Below, piece after piece: positions 34,586 to 34,812 of a stretch of DNA of 34,812 nt (its first letter is position 1; the number at the start of each line of letters is the position of its first letter). This DNA is from Minisyncoccota bacterium. Lineage in GTDB: Bacteria > Patescibacteriota > Microgenomatia > UBA1400 > PJMF01. Location: the NCBI GenBank assembly GCA_012799795.1, contig JAAZKO010000016.1, positions 1 through 34,812 on the forward strand. The letters are read 5' to 3'. The translations under genes were made by a program, and so were the position numbers. The notes beneath the pieces were generated by a model. That model saw only the letters and a program-made list of their open reading frames with translations. It was not told the DNA's origin and did not search any database.

Positions 34586-34609
34586 AATTCATTTACTCAA
34601 GATCTATTT

Positions 34610-34812
34610 TAAAAAAATTTCATTACATCATTGACAGATACAAAAACCATCAACAGGATTAAAACAAAAAACCCTAAATAATTTGCCCAGTTAGCTATCT
34701 TCTCAATTTTATTTTTGGCAATCACTTTTTCTAATAATATAAAAACTGCTCGACCACCATCCAAAGCTGGAATAGGCAATAAATTCATTACCCCTAAATT
34801 TATTGATAATAG
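34610..34812 (-). CDS. rseP: Site-2 (M50) zinc metalloprotease RseP-like, 3' end only
   Basis: It is not in the ORF track because its start lies outside the window. The minus-strand translation ...LLSINLGVMNLLPIPALDGGRAVFILLEKV...FFVLILLMVFVSVNDVMKFF-TAA contains the M50 NLLPIPxLDGG motif. Stop at 34610-34612. Confidence 0.8.

Noticed and set aside
1-34812. I looked for CRISPR arrays, long direct or inverted repeats, IS or integrase genes, rRNA, tmRNA, RNase P, SRP RNA and riboswitch-sized leaders.
   Set aside because: I saw no regularly spaced repeats and no recombinase-like ORFs. The longest non-coding gaps (163, 152 and 95 nt) are too short or too featureless for these RNAs. This was a by-eye scan only, so small or degenerate elements could have been missed.

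Overview
A low-GC, very tightly packed bacterial chromosomal segment. It uses the standard genetic code: TAA, TAG and TGA all end full-length genes. I found no rRNA, CRISPR array, transposase or integrase. The gene content fits a reduced, fermentative Patescibacteria/CPR-like bacterium: ADP-forming acetyl-CoA synthetase, pyruvate formate-lyase, many GT-C membrane glycosyltransferases, and a nucleotidyltransferase family with a YFxFPLT N-terminus. That taxonomic call is inference only.

Layout:
- 1-12.7 kb: a glycan locus. It holds rmlC/B/D, ugd, an rmd-like gene, gmd, two polyprenyl-phosphate-sugar synthase-type GT2 genes and three GT-C-like membrane proteins. A lone antisense trmD sits inside it.
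- 12.7-16.5 kb: a signalling island. It has a sensor-less mini histidine kinase convergent with, and overlapping, an OmpR-type regulator. It also has tRNA-Gln(CUG), a DUF488 gene, and a nucleotidyltransferase translationally coupled to a membrane HK-like protein with no phospho-acceptor His.
- 16.5-23.6 kb: xth, then a minus-strand operon pflB-pflA-acd-(coaD::coaE fusion).
- 23.7-26.7 kb: envelope thiol-disulfide genes. One is split by a single in-frame TAG beside a conserved Cys. prmC lies among them.
- 26.7-34.8 kb: recJ, a cca gene with large insertions, a wHTH regulator-secD-secF unit, a DUF3048 protein, a small tail-anchored protein, and the 3' end of an rseP-like site-2 protease.

The items most worth follow-up are the in-frame TAG, the CoaD-CoaE fusion inside a CoA-dependent fermentation operon, the nucleotidyltransferase/His-less kinase pair with the sensor-less kinase nearby, and a recurring leaderless-type promoter geometry. 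All calls come from reading the translations and motifs by eye. No database search was run.
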